This document shows positions 1-11,608 of a DNA stretch of 64,000 nucleotides, in pieces. Location: contig JAUPSS010000014.1 in assembly GCA_040285825.1 (NCBI GenBank), positions 190,337 to 254,336 on the forward strand. Direction: 5' to 3'. Source of the DNA: Eukaryota sp. TZLM1-RC (Eukaryota; Protista; Metamonada: BaSk clade). A program made the position numbers and the translations under genes. Under the pieces are notes generated by a model. It ran no database searches, was not told the DNA's origin, and worked only from the letters and a program-made list of their open reading frames with translations. Position 1 is the stretch's first letter, and every line of letters begins with the position of its first letter.

Positions 1-247
1 TGCTCTTGGATGGTATTTTAAAATTTGCAATCAGTTTGTCAATTGTGTAATACAAAATATTACTTATGCCTTGTTTTAATAAAACTTTTGTTTTTAAAAT
101 GTTGGTGATAGAATTCCAACAATGGCGCAGAACGAAGATTTTGTAAAGATTTTGTTTTTGTTCTTGGGCTAAGGGAACTTTCCTCCTCACTTTGAGATGT
201 CACCACAAGAAAAGCGTCACGAAATAATTGCTTTTCAATTTTGGTAA

Positions 248-898
248 CCTTTGAGTCTGATGGTGTAATCAAAGTTGTTGAAGTTGTCACTGTTGATGTT
301 TGTAAGGATTCAGCAATTGATTTTGCCGATAAAGATGAAACTCCGCTCTGCTTTGCTGAAAAGAGCCAAATCAAAAAGTGCAATGAACCCTTATCTCAGC
401 TAGGATGTGTTGAGCATGTCAAGTATCAGCTGGTTCCATTTATTTGCTGTTTCTCTTTTTGGTGACATTGGAATTTCTGGCATTAAATTTCTCAAAGGTT
501 TCAGAAGTTTATTAAAAGAAAGAACGGTAAAAGAATGGAACTTTAATTTCTGGCACAACAGAATTGTTTTCAGTATACTTAAAGCAATTCCCGAAATGAT
601 AACCAAAGCACTGTTACAATTAGGTATAGAATACGAGAATCGCGCATTGAAAAGTTTTGATGATGATGATGCTTGTATTGAGGAAATTGAGTTCTAGTGA
701 TGCTGTTAGGCAAATGAACACACGAAAGAAAGTGAGTAATCAAAGTTTATTAATAAAACTGATTCATAGACGAGTATCACGTCATCAGTCGAAATACAAC
801 GAAACCTACTAAATCAATTTAAGTTCAACATCAACACTAGTATTTTTGTTTAATGTTTTGTTAGCGTTGAAAACAGAAAAGTGCGTAAGTAAAACAAC
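248..898 (+). mobile_element. 5'-truncated RLE-type non-LTR retrotransposon (3' end)
   Basis: Encodes VVTVDVC..FAEKSQIKK..LVPF..FWHNRIVFSI, homologous to 62032-63126. Flanked by 9-bp direct repeat TTTTGGTAA (239-247, 899-907). Confidence 0.8.
698..836. mobile_element. Solo LTR nested in the non-LTR fragment
   Basis: TG...CA termini with imperfect inverted ends (TGATGCTGTT / AACATCAACA) and a 4-bp TSD CTAG (694-697, 837-840), inserted at the host ORF stop codon. Confidence 0.65.
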
Positions 899-1539
899 TT
901 TTGGTAAAATATTATTAGAGTGTAAGTCAAGAAGATGCAAATAATAACCACAAATGAATTCTAAACCAACAATAGAAATTTCCTGACACCTAATTACTGC
1001 CTCATCGATCACTTCAATCATTTTCGGATCTCTGATGACATTTTTTAGACTGTCCCTTTAACCATCATAAAATTTATGTTTAACAGTTTCCATAAATTGG
1101 TCATTGTTGAAGAAAATAAATAATTTCATGGTTAAATCTGTATCCCCCAGACAATAAACTGCTACTGCAGTTCTTCTTTGGGATAAGAAAAATCTGAGAA
1201 GGAATCATCTCCTTGAACCTTCCAATACGTTGCAATATACTGAGGCTCAAGGTCAATTTTATTTTCCATTAATAGAATTTTAGAAACTGTGTTTAGTTTG
1301 CGTGGTTCATAATAATTTCTGTAAATACTAAAAGTATTAACAACAAATCGACCAGCAATAAATAGCTTCAAGTGTTTGTGATTCAATTCTATTAAATTTG
1401 TAGTATAGAATTGAATTCATTCACTAGCATCGATTTCATCTTTAAAAAAGTCCTCATTTTCAGAACGTTTCATAAAATGTGGGGTGCTAAATTGGACAAT
1501 ACTGAAACCACATATTATATGAGATTGTAAGTTTCTAGT

Positions 1540-3164
1540 AATTGTTTAAATGAACTTAGCAACTCATTTTCGGAGGAATGATGATAAATCTTGGTTCTCT
1601 AAGATAAGATCTGAACAACAAATAGCCAAAAATAATAATGACCCTTTATTCGAAAATGCAATTCTAGATGAAAACAGTCAAAATTAAAAAATAATCAGAA
1701 TAAAATTTTAATTTCAATTAGCCTCAGGAAACAGACACTGTTATTAGTACAGGGTTTAGTGTTAATCTGGCCACCCCAACAAGAACGTTTTTAGACAAAC
1801 TGTCCAAAAGTGATTTTTACTGGGTCAAAATGAGAAAGAACCATATAAATCATGTCCAGAGTTGTTCAATTTGTCAAAAAACGGCTCCAGTAAAAAGATC
1901 TAAAACACCTTCCACAGGATCTCTATGGGCAGATCGTCCGTTTGTAAGATTGAAAGTCGATACAATTGGACCCCTGAACACCGACAACGAAGGAAACAAA
2001 TATTCATTAGTATTTGTAGATTCTTTTACTGGATATACAATTTTAGTCCCTCTAAAAGAACTCAATGCTTCAGAAACCGCAGATGCCTTGATTTAGAACG
2101 TTTGGGCCATCTTTGGCATAGCTGTGGTAATTCATAGTGATAATGGACCCGAGTACGCCAATGAGACTTTCAAAATAGTGTGTAATAGATTAGCGATTGA
2201 GATGAGTAACCCAATTCCTTTCTATTCAAAAAGTAATGGACTTGTAGAACGTAAACATAGAGACGTTCTTCAATGCTTAAGAAAACTATTAATAGACTTT
2301 TAAACTTTTAATGATTACGGAAACTGACCTATTTATGTACCTCTATCGCAACTATTAATAAATTCGACTAAAAGCAGAAAAACTGGTTTTACCGCATACG
2401 AACTTATGTTTGGGTCTTCAATTAGTCCAAGAACAGTCCCTGCGAATACATAAGGAAATTTATCCAAATTCGAAACTAATATACATTAATAGATGACATT
2501 AAATTCAAAAATACTCGTGTACAAGAAAAAAGGGAAGAAGCAGAGCATCAACAAACATTTAATACTCCGACTTCAGTAGATAATACTAATTCGCGCTTTT
2601 TTGTATTTAATATTGAAAACTATGTCTTACGTAAAACCAAGCAAAATAATGAACTACATGGATCTTGGAATGAACCATTCTTAGTTATTGACATTCCATC
2701 CAAATCCACTGTATTATCAAAGAATCTTTCCACTGGCACTGAATCTACAATGGCAAAATCTATAACGCTAAAAAACCGAAAGATATTGAATTTCTCAAAA
2801 CAGTCGCAGCAGGCGATGTCAAAGACACGCTATAGAGAAGAGCCTCTCAGAATATAACTCTGACTCAGGTAGTTTCTGTACTGATCAATGATCTGGCAAT
2901 GAAACAACAGAAGAGCCTCTCCATTCGGTTAAAAACTCAGAAGCTTATAAGTTACTTAGTAAGAATAACTAAAAGATTGGTGAGCGTACCAATAGTCAAC
3001 GACAGGGTACTTCCATTGAGTCTGGGTCCTCTAAGCGGTTAGACGCAGCAATAGAATTAGGAAGCGAAGCTAATTCTTAGTATTTGTAGTTATTTATTTA
3101 TTTGATTATAGTTTGTGTTTCATATTTATATAAGCGGATTTATTTTGAAAAAGGGAAGAAGCAG
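1540..3164 (+). mobile_element. Degenerate Ty3/gypsy pol 3' part (integrase plus chromodomain-like tail), polypurine tract, LTR starting at about 3165
   Basis: GHP..YW..CSIC zinc finger; DTIGP, FVDSFT, HSDNGPEY and SNGLVER integrase motifs; chromodomain-like (W)SGNETTEEPLHSVKNSEAY; AAAAGGGAAGAAGCAG followed by TGT at 3165. Confidence 0.85.
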
Positions 3165-3354
3165 TGTCGGCGACCAAAGGCTTATATCATATGATTAAAA
3201 AATATATCAGACTTTTCCTCATTGACTTCTCTCTATTACAATCGACTTAGGGCTACAGCTGACGACCTCGTTCATGTCCACAACAAGATTCGTTTGCTTC
3301 GTAAAATGAAAGTAAATCCTTCTGCCCACATAAACACATGGTAAATGGGGAACA

Positions 3355-3532
3355 AGTGTTACAATATTCAGTATATGTTGTCTTCCAGTTGTTGGTCTGT
3401 TTCTTTCTAGTAGGATTTCAGTCTGAATAAAACCTATTAAGAAATAGTTTATTTCAGCATTGCTGTGAAGTTATCAAATAAGGCGTTAAAAGCGACGCGA
3501 CATGATTTTCAGGTGACATCACGTGTAACACT
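3355..3532. mobile_element. Small element with inverted termini (solo LTR or MITE)
   Basis: AGTGTTACA (3355-3363) ... TGTAACACT (3524-3532), internal AATAAA, preceded by a purine-rich tract. No TSD seen. Confidence 0.4.
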
Positions 3533-4099
3533 ACTTCATATATTATATGATTGTTTTCATTTGACTTAAAGTGCGATCTCTTATACGCCATTAAGGGTAC
3601 TACTATGAATTACAAACTTAATTTATATAGCATCAAGCTGAACGTTACTACCAGATGTAAATAGACGTCAATGATAAAATCAAAAACAACAATTGGTTAC
3701 CACTACTCTTTCGCCTAACCTTTTACCAATGAGACCCACTGAAGGGATATTTATATATCAACTACTTCGTCCTATTTAAAATCCCTACTTTTTAGTAAAG
3801 TCTAGTTAAAGTGTTTTTAAATCCAAATAATTGCGTATTTATAGATCTTTGAAGAATGTCTTTTTCTAATTGGTCTCAATTGTTGTAAACCCTCAGAACC
3901 CAAGTGTATCGTCCTTTTACAATTTTGAAAAGCATTGTTGAACTTGTTGAGAGCAACAATTTGATTGGATTGCCTTGGATTTGTGTTAATCCGTATTTAC
4001 TGTCGTTGGATAAAGAACAATGAAGCTGTTGCTGTAAATGGGATGTAACTAGTACAGTGAGACTACTTTAAAATGAATCCAATAGAGGTCAGAACTTCC

Positions 4100-4325
4100 A
4101 AAAAGTGGTTCAAGAAAAAACAATGAAAAGATTTGATATTTTTTTGGTGCTCTCGGGTTCAATTTGCCAATATTAATAGATTACCTCGGTTTTTCAATCG
4201 AATTAGAGAAGTTTTAGCTAGACAACAAGCAGATCAAGGTTTTGTAAAGGAAATCTTGGTTCAATGCTTTTCGTCCCATTAGGTATGAATTAGTTTTTAT
4301 TAAGTGTGCATGTTCAATAAATATA
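4100..4325 (+). mobile_element. 3' fragment of the 11206-14546 retrotransposon family
   Basis: Near-identical to about 14310-14540 (KTMKRFDIF..ARQQADQ..EILV plus 3' UTR CGTCCCATTAG..AAGTGTGCA..TCAATAAA). Confidence 0.9.
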
Positions 4326-4951
4326 TTACAGAGGTCATCAGGTTTAAAGGAAATAAAAAACATAGAAAAGGTGAAAACGAAATTGGATAAAGTACATGGA
4401 TAGATATAGACAGCTTGCCTATAATACTTGTTTCGAAAAAATTGAAGACTATCAATAAAATTTGCATTGTTTTGAAGACATACCAAAAATGACATTTTTT
4501 CAATTTTACAGAATTTCATATTTCAATTTGCCATTTTCAATTCATTGTTACTGCTTCTCATTCTAATCGAGAACATCATAGTGGAAAATTGAACAGATCA
4601 GATAGTTGTAGTGATTGTATTTATTCCATAAACATCATCCCAATTAGACAAAAATCGTTGCAAGTTGTTAAAGTCCAATAATGTAAATATTATATAATTT
4701 CAATTTTAAAACTGCAAGTTTCGATTGCTCAATCAATTAACTACAAATTCAATTTTACTGTTCGTGACTACTCAATGAAATTATTAATTGAATGACAAAT
4801 CATTTTCTAGAAATTACTTTATTTCATTCAGTATCCCAATGATGAAGCAAACGGTTATAAAACTGCAACAAATGATAACACAGAAGACTTACTCAACTGT
4901 GTGTGCTTCATTAGTTTGAAGCTATTTACAACAAATTTCCAACAAAACCTG

Positions 4952-7289
4952 TTAATCAAGTGTTGAATAACGATGGTTTCGAAACTCATTGTCAATGGCT
5001 GTCATGATTTTCGTTAGTTCATCCAAAGACAGAGGCTTGCGAAGAATAAAAGTAGCCCCAGCCTGTAGAGCATCACTCAAAACCTTTGAAGGTTCAGCTG
5101 AAAGAGCAATGATGGGTACTCTACTGCCTCTTTTAGCTTGGTCTTCCCATTCTCTAATTGATGCTATTGCCTCGCGGCCTCCCATTTTTGGCATACGTAA
5201 ATCAGTGATTAAGGCGAATATATCACTATAGTATTTCTTGGCTATTGAGCAAAGTTCAAAACCATTTTCTACCATAATAACCTAAGCTTAAAGAAGAAGT
5301 AAAAAAACAAACGTTACAACCAAGCCTTTTTTGAAGCAACAACTGTAACAATCGCTGACTGATTTCGTTATCCTCAGCACAAATGACAAGTTTATCATGG
5401 AAAACAGTGGGGGTTATTGGTGGTAGACAAACAACGTCTTTTCGACACGCTAATACCTCCTCCAATGTTTCAATCCATTTATGAGGATGAACTGGCCATG
5501 GTAATACTGGATAGTCTTCAGCCTGAAGAGATGCTATTGACATCTTCTTTCTAAACAGGTCAGCCAAGAAGCAAATGGATACATTGTGAAACATTTTCTC
5601 GGGAGATGCAGTGACCATATGTTCCAAGAACGAGATCTCCTTGTCCAAAACACAGATATCAAAAGAGTGTCGTTTCAGAATGTTTGAAAGTTCGGAGAGA
5701 GACGAACAACTACAGTCATGGTGAACTGTCATATGCCACTCTCTCAATTGTGCTGCTACCGAGTCAAATCGGATTTGCTGGTCAGAGATCAAGAGCACCG
5801 ATTTCCCTTCCAATGGAGACGTCAAGTGTTCCTTGATGGGTAACTTCAAAGTAAAACAGAAACTAGTGCCTTGATCTTCATTAGATTGAAAACTCAATTC
5901 ACTATTTAAGAGGTCACAAGCAAGCTTTGCAATGGTTAGCCCTAATCCTAGTCCAGGAGTTCTATTCACTGTGTCTGGAATTGAAACAAACGGTTCAAAT
6001 ATATAAGGTCGATATTTGCAGGGAATACCAATGCCAGTGTCCTCCACAATAAACTTTATCTCTGTCGTATAACCATCATTGGAAATACATTGTGCTTGTA
6101 GGGACATGTGTCCACTGTAGGTATTCTGAACAGCGTTGGTTAACAAACACACTAGGATCCTTTCAAGATGATAATGATCAACCTCGAGGACAGACTGACA
6201 AATCATTGAAGTAAATGTAAGGATCTCAACAGGACCAGTTTGAATCATGTTAGAAACAAAGTCCAAAGCTTTGTCAATAACACAGTTAATAAAGAAAGCT
6301 TGAGGTTTTGATGTAACTAAAGACGCTTTTAATTGACTTACTTCCAGTACATTGTGAATGTGCATTGATAGAACATCAACACGACCAAGGATCGTTTGAA
6401 AAAACCCAAAGAGTTCAGGATTCATCTTTTCTGGTTCAATTAGTTCTAGGGAGCTGTAAATTCCAAACAATGGAGTTTTAAGGTGATGGAACACACTAGA
6501 AAGAACATGATCCTTGATTTCTTGGGGTGTTTCGGCATCTTTGGTTGCAGTAAATTGTGGAATCGGAAGAGTCGAGCCAGCAGTTGACTCTGTCGGAATC
6601 CGATCAATGAATAGAATCTTGTAAAAATAATCGTAGTGAAATGAACAAAACACTCTAAAGAATAGACAACCACCCTCAAAGTCTAAGGAAAAGGACGTTG
6701 GAGTACATCCCTCCTCTACGAAGTTCTGATCAAGCTTCTCCGGCGTGCAACACTCTTGTTTCAACATATACAACAATGAGGGAAAGTTTTGGTATTGGGA
6801 GACGTGGGTTACGTGTGACAAGAGGTCTGATATTGTTTGCTGAAAAGGTAGTGATATAAAATCCATATTGCCATAATCACCTATGATGCAACATCCTTCT
6901 GCAATAGAGTCCAGTGCCTCCGAGAGCTGTTGAACCTTTTTTTCCAGAGAATGAATGTTCTTTTGATAGGAGGTCACATCATTTGCTAATAGAACAAATC
7001 TTTTTCCGGACAAAACCTCCGCAATCGTGATCTCTGTGTAGACTAAATCTCTCAGCAGTAGAAACTTTGCCTCTTTGTAATCATCCAAATCTTCGGTGCT
7101 GTGTAATCTGTAAAAAACTTCTCCGAGTTCAACCAGTGTTGTTGCTGACAGAGCTGATGGGAAGAGCTGCTTGAGATTTCTTGCTTCTGGTTTACCAACT
7201 CCCAATGTAGAAAGTAATGTCGTGGATACACTTTCTACTTCAAGCTGGCTATTACACACAAGATAAGGGAAGCAATCTGGATAAGACAT
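4952..7289 (-). CDS. Hybrid sensor histidine kinase (HisKA, HATPase, degenerate REC, REC); join(5313-7289, 4952-5281)
   Basis: H-box FHHLKTPL, N-box LLTNAVQNT, G1 VEDTGIGI, F-box IFEPF, G2 GLGLGL. Receiver AEDN..TDLRMPKMGG..ALSA..KP is restored by a 31-nt intron at 5282-5312 (GTTTG..TTAG). Confidence 0.93.
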
Positions 7290-7759
7290 TTGCGATAAAT
7301 TGAAGAAGAAATCTTGATGGTAAGCTGCTCAACTGTAGATGTTGCTTAAATTGTTCATCAAGCAAATCTTGAACAATATCATCATTGACAACTATGTGAG
7401 GGTCTACTTCAGACACCACAATGGAGATACAGTGAATCCATCCTTGGATAACTATATTGCAAAGTACTTTGTGTTAACAAGTGATTCCGATGCGATTACA
7501 GATATTGAGGTTTTGTTATTTACAAGTACGATTCGAACTTGAACAATATTGTTGTTGGAAGTATTGGCAACAGACTCAGCATACCTTAGGATGATGTTAT
7601 ACGTATGTAGATTTTTGTTAGCTATATACAGGCATCTCAACTCACATGACCTTCTTCCACACCCTTCAACATCTTTTACAATTCAAATCAGAGTAACTTC
7701 AACTAGCACTTGTTGCGACCAGAATCTCAAACAATTTAGCCATATTGACAACATAGGTC

Positions 7760-10700
7760 AAGATGAAAACTGCTTGCAAAAACTGTCCTAAAATTTATGA
7801 GTTTTTTGCATGTTATCTTCAAAATTTAATGTGTTTAATTTATGTTCCTCCTCCTGAATTGAGTGCTTCCCGTTTAGGTATTTTAGTCAAACCTGGAAAA
7901 ATAACAAACCAGATGGTGTTACTTTTATTGCTATTGGAGTGTGTTTAACCAGATTGCTTTCTTTTCTTATTTTTAACATAATTTTTACTGAAGCCAACAC
8001 TTTTTTGAAGCCTTTCCAATTTAGTATTAAAACCATTGAAGCTGCTTCTGTTGCTTCAATAACCTCAGTTGTTTTTTTTCAATAAACAGAAACATCAATA
8101 CATCTGTAATTTAGATTTTAAAAATGCTTTCAATTCGGTAAAGGGTAGTTGTAACTATGATGTGCTTCTTCAGGAATTTCCTGAAATTTCAGTTTATCAC
8201 TATTTATTTTATGGTAAAAATTCGGATTTAGTTTTTGACTCCTATACCCTTAATTTTGCTCTGGTGTCAAAAAGGGCGACCCTGTTGGCCCTTTGCTTTT
8301 TTGTTTGGCTATTCATAACATTATTGAATGGCCCAAACAAAATTACCTGAATTGTGTATTGTTGCTTATAACGATATTGCTAATATCGATTTTTTCGAAA
8401 GCATTTGTAGAGTTTCTGAAGGCATATTCAGCAAATACAAAGAAATTGGATTATCTTTGAAACCATATAAACGTTTTTTGATTGGTAGAGAAAAACAATC
8501 TCTGATTCACAGATTGAATTTAATAGTTCTGTCCAACATGCATTGAAGTTTCCTGGGTGTGGGCTTGGTAGTTTGGGTGAAATTTATTACTCAGCTAAAC
8601 AACTTGTTTAGCTGAGAACTAATAAATTATTATTAACACATCAAACATTTTGTTTCAAAAAAATGTTTTTCTGGAAATTTTATTCATATTTTGACGTCAA
8701 CTCCCCCTTCGTATCTCTCAATTTCTGCAGATCTTTTAACAAATTTTGGGTCAAATTCTTTTTTTCTTTATGAGAAGTTAATGAATCTTTAATTCGAAAT
8801 CAGTTATTTTGTCCTGCTGATTTGAATGGAATTGGCTTCACCAAATCTTCTATTTTGTGTAAAGCAACATATTTAGGAAGCGGTGAAATTTTTGTTTTTA
8901 AGGTTTTTCAAAAGTTTCCTCGTGATATTCATCTGATCAATAGTGAATCTAATTTTTACTTAAATAAGCTTCAATTTGAATTAGATAATTTTCCCAGTGA
9001 AATCTGGTTACAGTGTCTTTCTCAAAATGTTCAAGTACTTGCAAACCTATCACTCCCAAATTTACGTTTTTGCCCGAAAAAGCTTCAGCGCCAGCTGGTA
9101 AAATTGAACGAAACCTTGAATTATCGAGGAAAACTTGGTTTGGCCAATTTCGCTTAGCTTTCTTTATGAGAAGTTAATGAATCTTTAATTCGAAATCAGT
9201 TATTTTGTCCTGCTGATTTGAATGGAATTGGCTTCACCAAATCTTCTATTTTGTGTAAAGCAACATATTTAGGAAGCGGTGAAATTTTTGTTTTTAAGGT
9301 TTTTCAAAAGTTTCCTCGTGATATTCATCTGATCAATAGTGAATCTAATTTTTACTTAAATAAGCTTCAATTTGAATTAGATAATTTTCCCAGTGAAATC
9401 TGGTTACAGTGTTTTTCTCAAAATGTTCAAGTACTTGCAAACCTATCACTCCCAAATTTACGTTTTTGCCCGAAAAAGCTTCAGCGCCAGCTGGTAAAAT
9501 TGAACGAAACCTTGAATTATCGAGGAAAACTTGGTTTGGCCAATTTCGCTTAGCTTTCTTTATGAGAAGTTAATGAATCTTCAATTCGAAATCAGTTATT
9601 TTATCCTGCTGATTTGAATGGAATTGGCTTCACCAAATCTTCTATTTTGTGTAAAGCAACATATTTAGGAAGCGGTGAAATTTTTGTTTTTAAGGTTTTT
9701 CAAAAGTTTCCTCGTGATATTCATCTGATCAATAGTGAATCTAATTTTTACTTAAATAAACTTCAATTTGAATTAGATAATTTTCCCAGTGAAATCTGGA
9801 TACAGTGTTTTTCTCAAAATGTTCAAGTACTTGCAAACCTATCACTCCCAAATTTACGTTTTTGCCCGAAAAAGCTTCAGCGCCAGCTGGTAAAATTGAA
9901 CGAAACCTTGAATTATCGAGGAAAACTTGGTTTGGCCAATTTCGCTTAGCTTTCTTTATGAGAAGTTAATGAATCTTCAATTCGAAATCAGTTATTTTAT
10001 CCTGCTGATTTGAATGGAATTGGCTTCACCAAATCTTCTATTTTGTGTAAAGCAACATATTTAGGAAGCGGTGAAATTTTTGTTTTTAAGGTTTTTCAAA
10101 AGTTTCCTCGTGATATTCATCTGATCAATAGTGAATCTAATTTTTACTTAAATAAACTTCAATTTGAATTAGATAATTTTCCCAGTGAAATCTGGATACA
10201 GTGTTTTTCTCAAAATGTTCAAGTACTTGCAAACCTATCACTCCCAAATTTACGTTTTTGCCCGAAAAAGCTTCAGCGCCAGCTGGTAAAATTGAACGAA
10301 ACCTTGAATTATCGAGGAAAACTTGGTTTGGCCAATTTTGCTTTCGGATATTTTTTAAAAGATATTCATAATAGTTCTGCGGCTGCTTTAGTTACTCAAA
10401 TTTCCTCTATTTATGGACTTCTTTTAAAAAACAATGAATAGCTTTTAAAGGTGCGTTTTCGTTGTTTTTTATGGCCAAACAATTTGTCTAATCATTTTAC
10501 ATGTGAATGTGGTACACCTCTTTTGTTTACTCATCTTTTGAACGGTAAGCACTTCATTACATTTAGAAGCAAAGTGCATAATAATGTCAGGGACCAAATT
10601 TATGTAATGTGTAAATCATATCGAGTAGATTCTTTTCAGAGCCTTTGTTTTCAAAATAAATTCTTGATGACCCCAATTTTGATAGAACGCGCTACAATAA

Positions 10701-11194
10701 AGCTTTCATGGGTCTAAGAAGAGGTGATTTGGTTTTCCCCGGCTTAAATGGAAGCTTTACCATTTTAGATGCTATGTCCATCGACCCTTGTAATTTTCCA
10801 ACGAATATTTCTTTAATTCTAATGTCAATAATCCTTTTCCTACTGGGGAAAAATAAAAAATGCTAAATCCGTGAAATCTAGAAAATTCTCATACCCAATA
10901 TAATTTATGTCCCTTTGTAGTTTCATTGCTCAGTTCTTTAGGTAAGGGTGCTTTGGCGTTCCTTGAGGATTTCAATGTAGTTGTAAAGGAAAGGACTGGA
11001 ATAATTTCCAATCGTGTTTACTGGCGAAACAGGACTGTATTTTCTATTTATAAGGGGAAGGTGAAATTAACCTCTGATTCACTTTCTTCTTTCGGTAAAT
11101 TTTCTGAATCTTTAGTACTTAACTGTTGCGATGTAGGAGAGGCAGGTTTTGAGGATGTTAAGCTTTAGTTGTGTATTTGATGATTTTGATTTGG
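7760..11194 (+). mobile_element. Degenerate RT-RLE non-LTR retrotransposon
   Basis: LDFKNAFNS, GVKKGDPVGP, CECG..HLLNG, KVHNNVRD, RGD, D(AM)SIDP and YWRNR motifs spread across frames with many stops. Confidence 0.88.
8762..10340 (+). repeat. Tandem repeat, 4 x 396 bp, inside the degenerate retrotransposon
   Basis: Near-identical ORFs at 8822, 9218, 9614 and 10010, spaced exactly 396 bp apart. Confidence 0.97.
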
Positions 11195-11284
11195 TATCTG
11201 ATAAAGTTTTTTTTTCCTCTACATATAACCGTTTAACTTAAAACCTGGCTGAACCGAGATCATTGCTTCTATTCTTTCTTGTTG

Positions 11285-11608
11285 ATGCCTGAATCAGTTT
11301 CTGATTCTAATGGAGTCAAAAGAAAGAACGATAGTCAACAAGATGCTCAAGACGTCCTTTCCACCTCTCCTCCTCAACCTCTTCTCTCTTCATTTTTGGA
11401 CAAAAAAAATTCTGATCAAGAATTTTTAGACAATCACGATGAAAACAAAGTTTGTTCAAAAACAAAGCCACGCTCCTACAGATGCTCAAAGTGTCGACAA
11501 CAGGGACATAATGCTCGAACATGCCCCAATGTTGGAAAAAATAATGTGGCAAATTCTGAAACAAAATGTAAAAAGAAAAATTTATTAGAAGGAAAGAGTC
11601 TAAGGTAG
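11285..11608 (+). CDS. Retrotransposon ORF1 with CCHC zinc knuckle
   Basis: ATG at 11285; YRCSKCRQQGHNARTCP matches CX2CX4HX4C. Confidence 0.85.
   Translation: MPESVSDSNGVKRKNDSQQDAQDVLSTSPPQPLLSSFLDKKNSDQEFLDNHDENKVCSKTKPRSYRCSKCRQQGHNARTCPNVGKNNVANSETKCKKKNLLEGKSLR

Larger units (their letters stand above)
1..1473 (-). pseudogene. Fanzor1-like gene relic, N-terminal part (copy A), interrupted by a nested retroelement at 248-898; runs off the window start
   Basis: Minus-strand pieces read ETVKT..NVIRDPKMIEVIDEAVIRCQEISIVGLEFICGYYLHLLD..ILPK (908-1110), then IEKQLFRDAFLVV..APLLEFYHQHF..ISNILYYTIDKLIANF (1-247). Nt 1-145 are clearly homologous to 63842-64000, which belongs to the copy carrying RuvC motifs. 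Multiple stops and frameshifts. Candidate ATG at 1473. Confidence 0.7.

Noticed and set aside
4952-5275. Stand-alone response regulator, suggesting a bacterial operon or contamination
   Set aside because: It is exon 2 of the hybrid kinase, and the context is eukaryotic.
7290-7790. Short ORFs upstream of the histidine kinase
   Set aside because: No recognisable motif or convincing splice path; left uncalled.
8762-10340. Regular repeats as a CRISPR-like array (also the 531-bp array)
   Set aside because: Head-to-tail duplications of coding sequence with no unique spacers.
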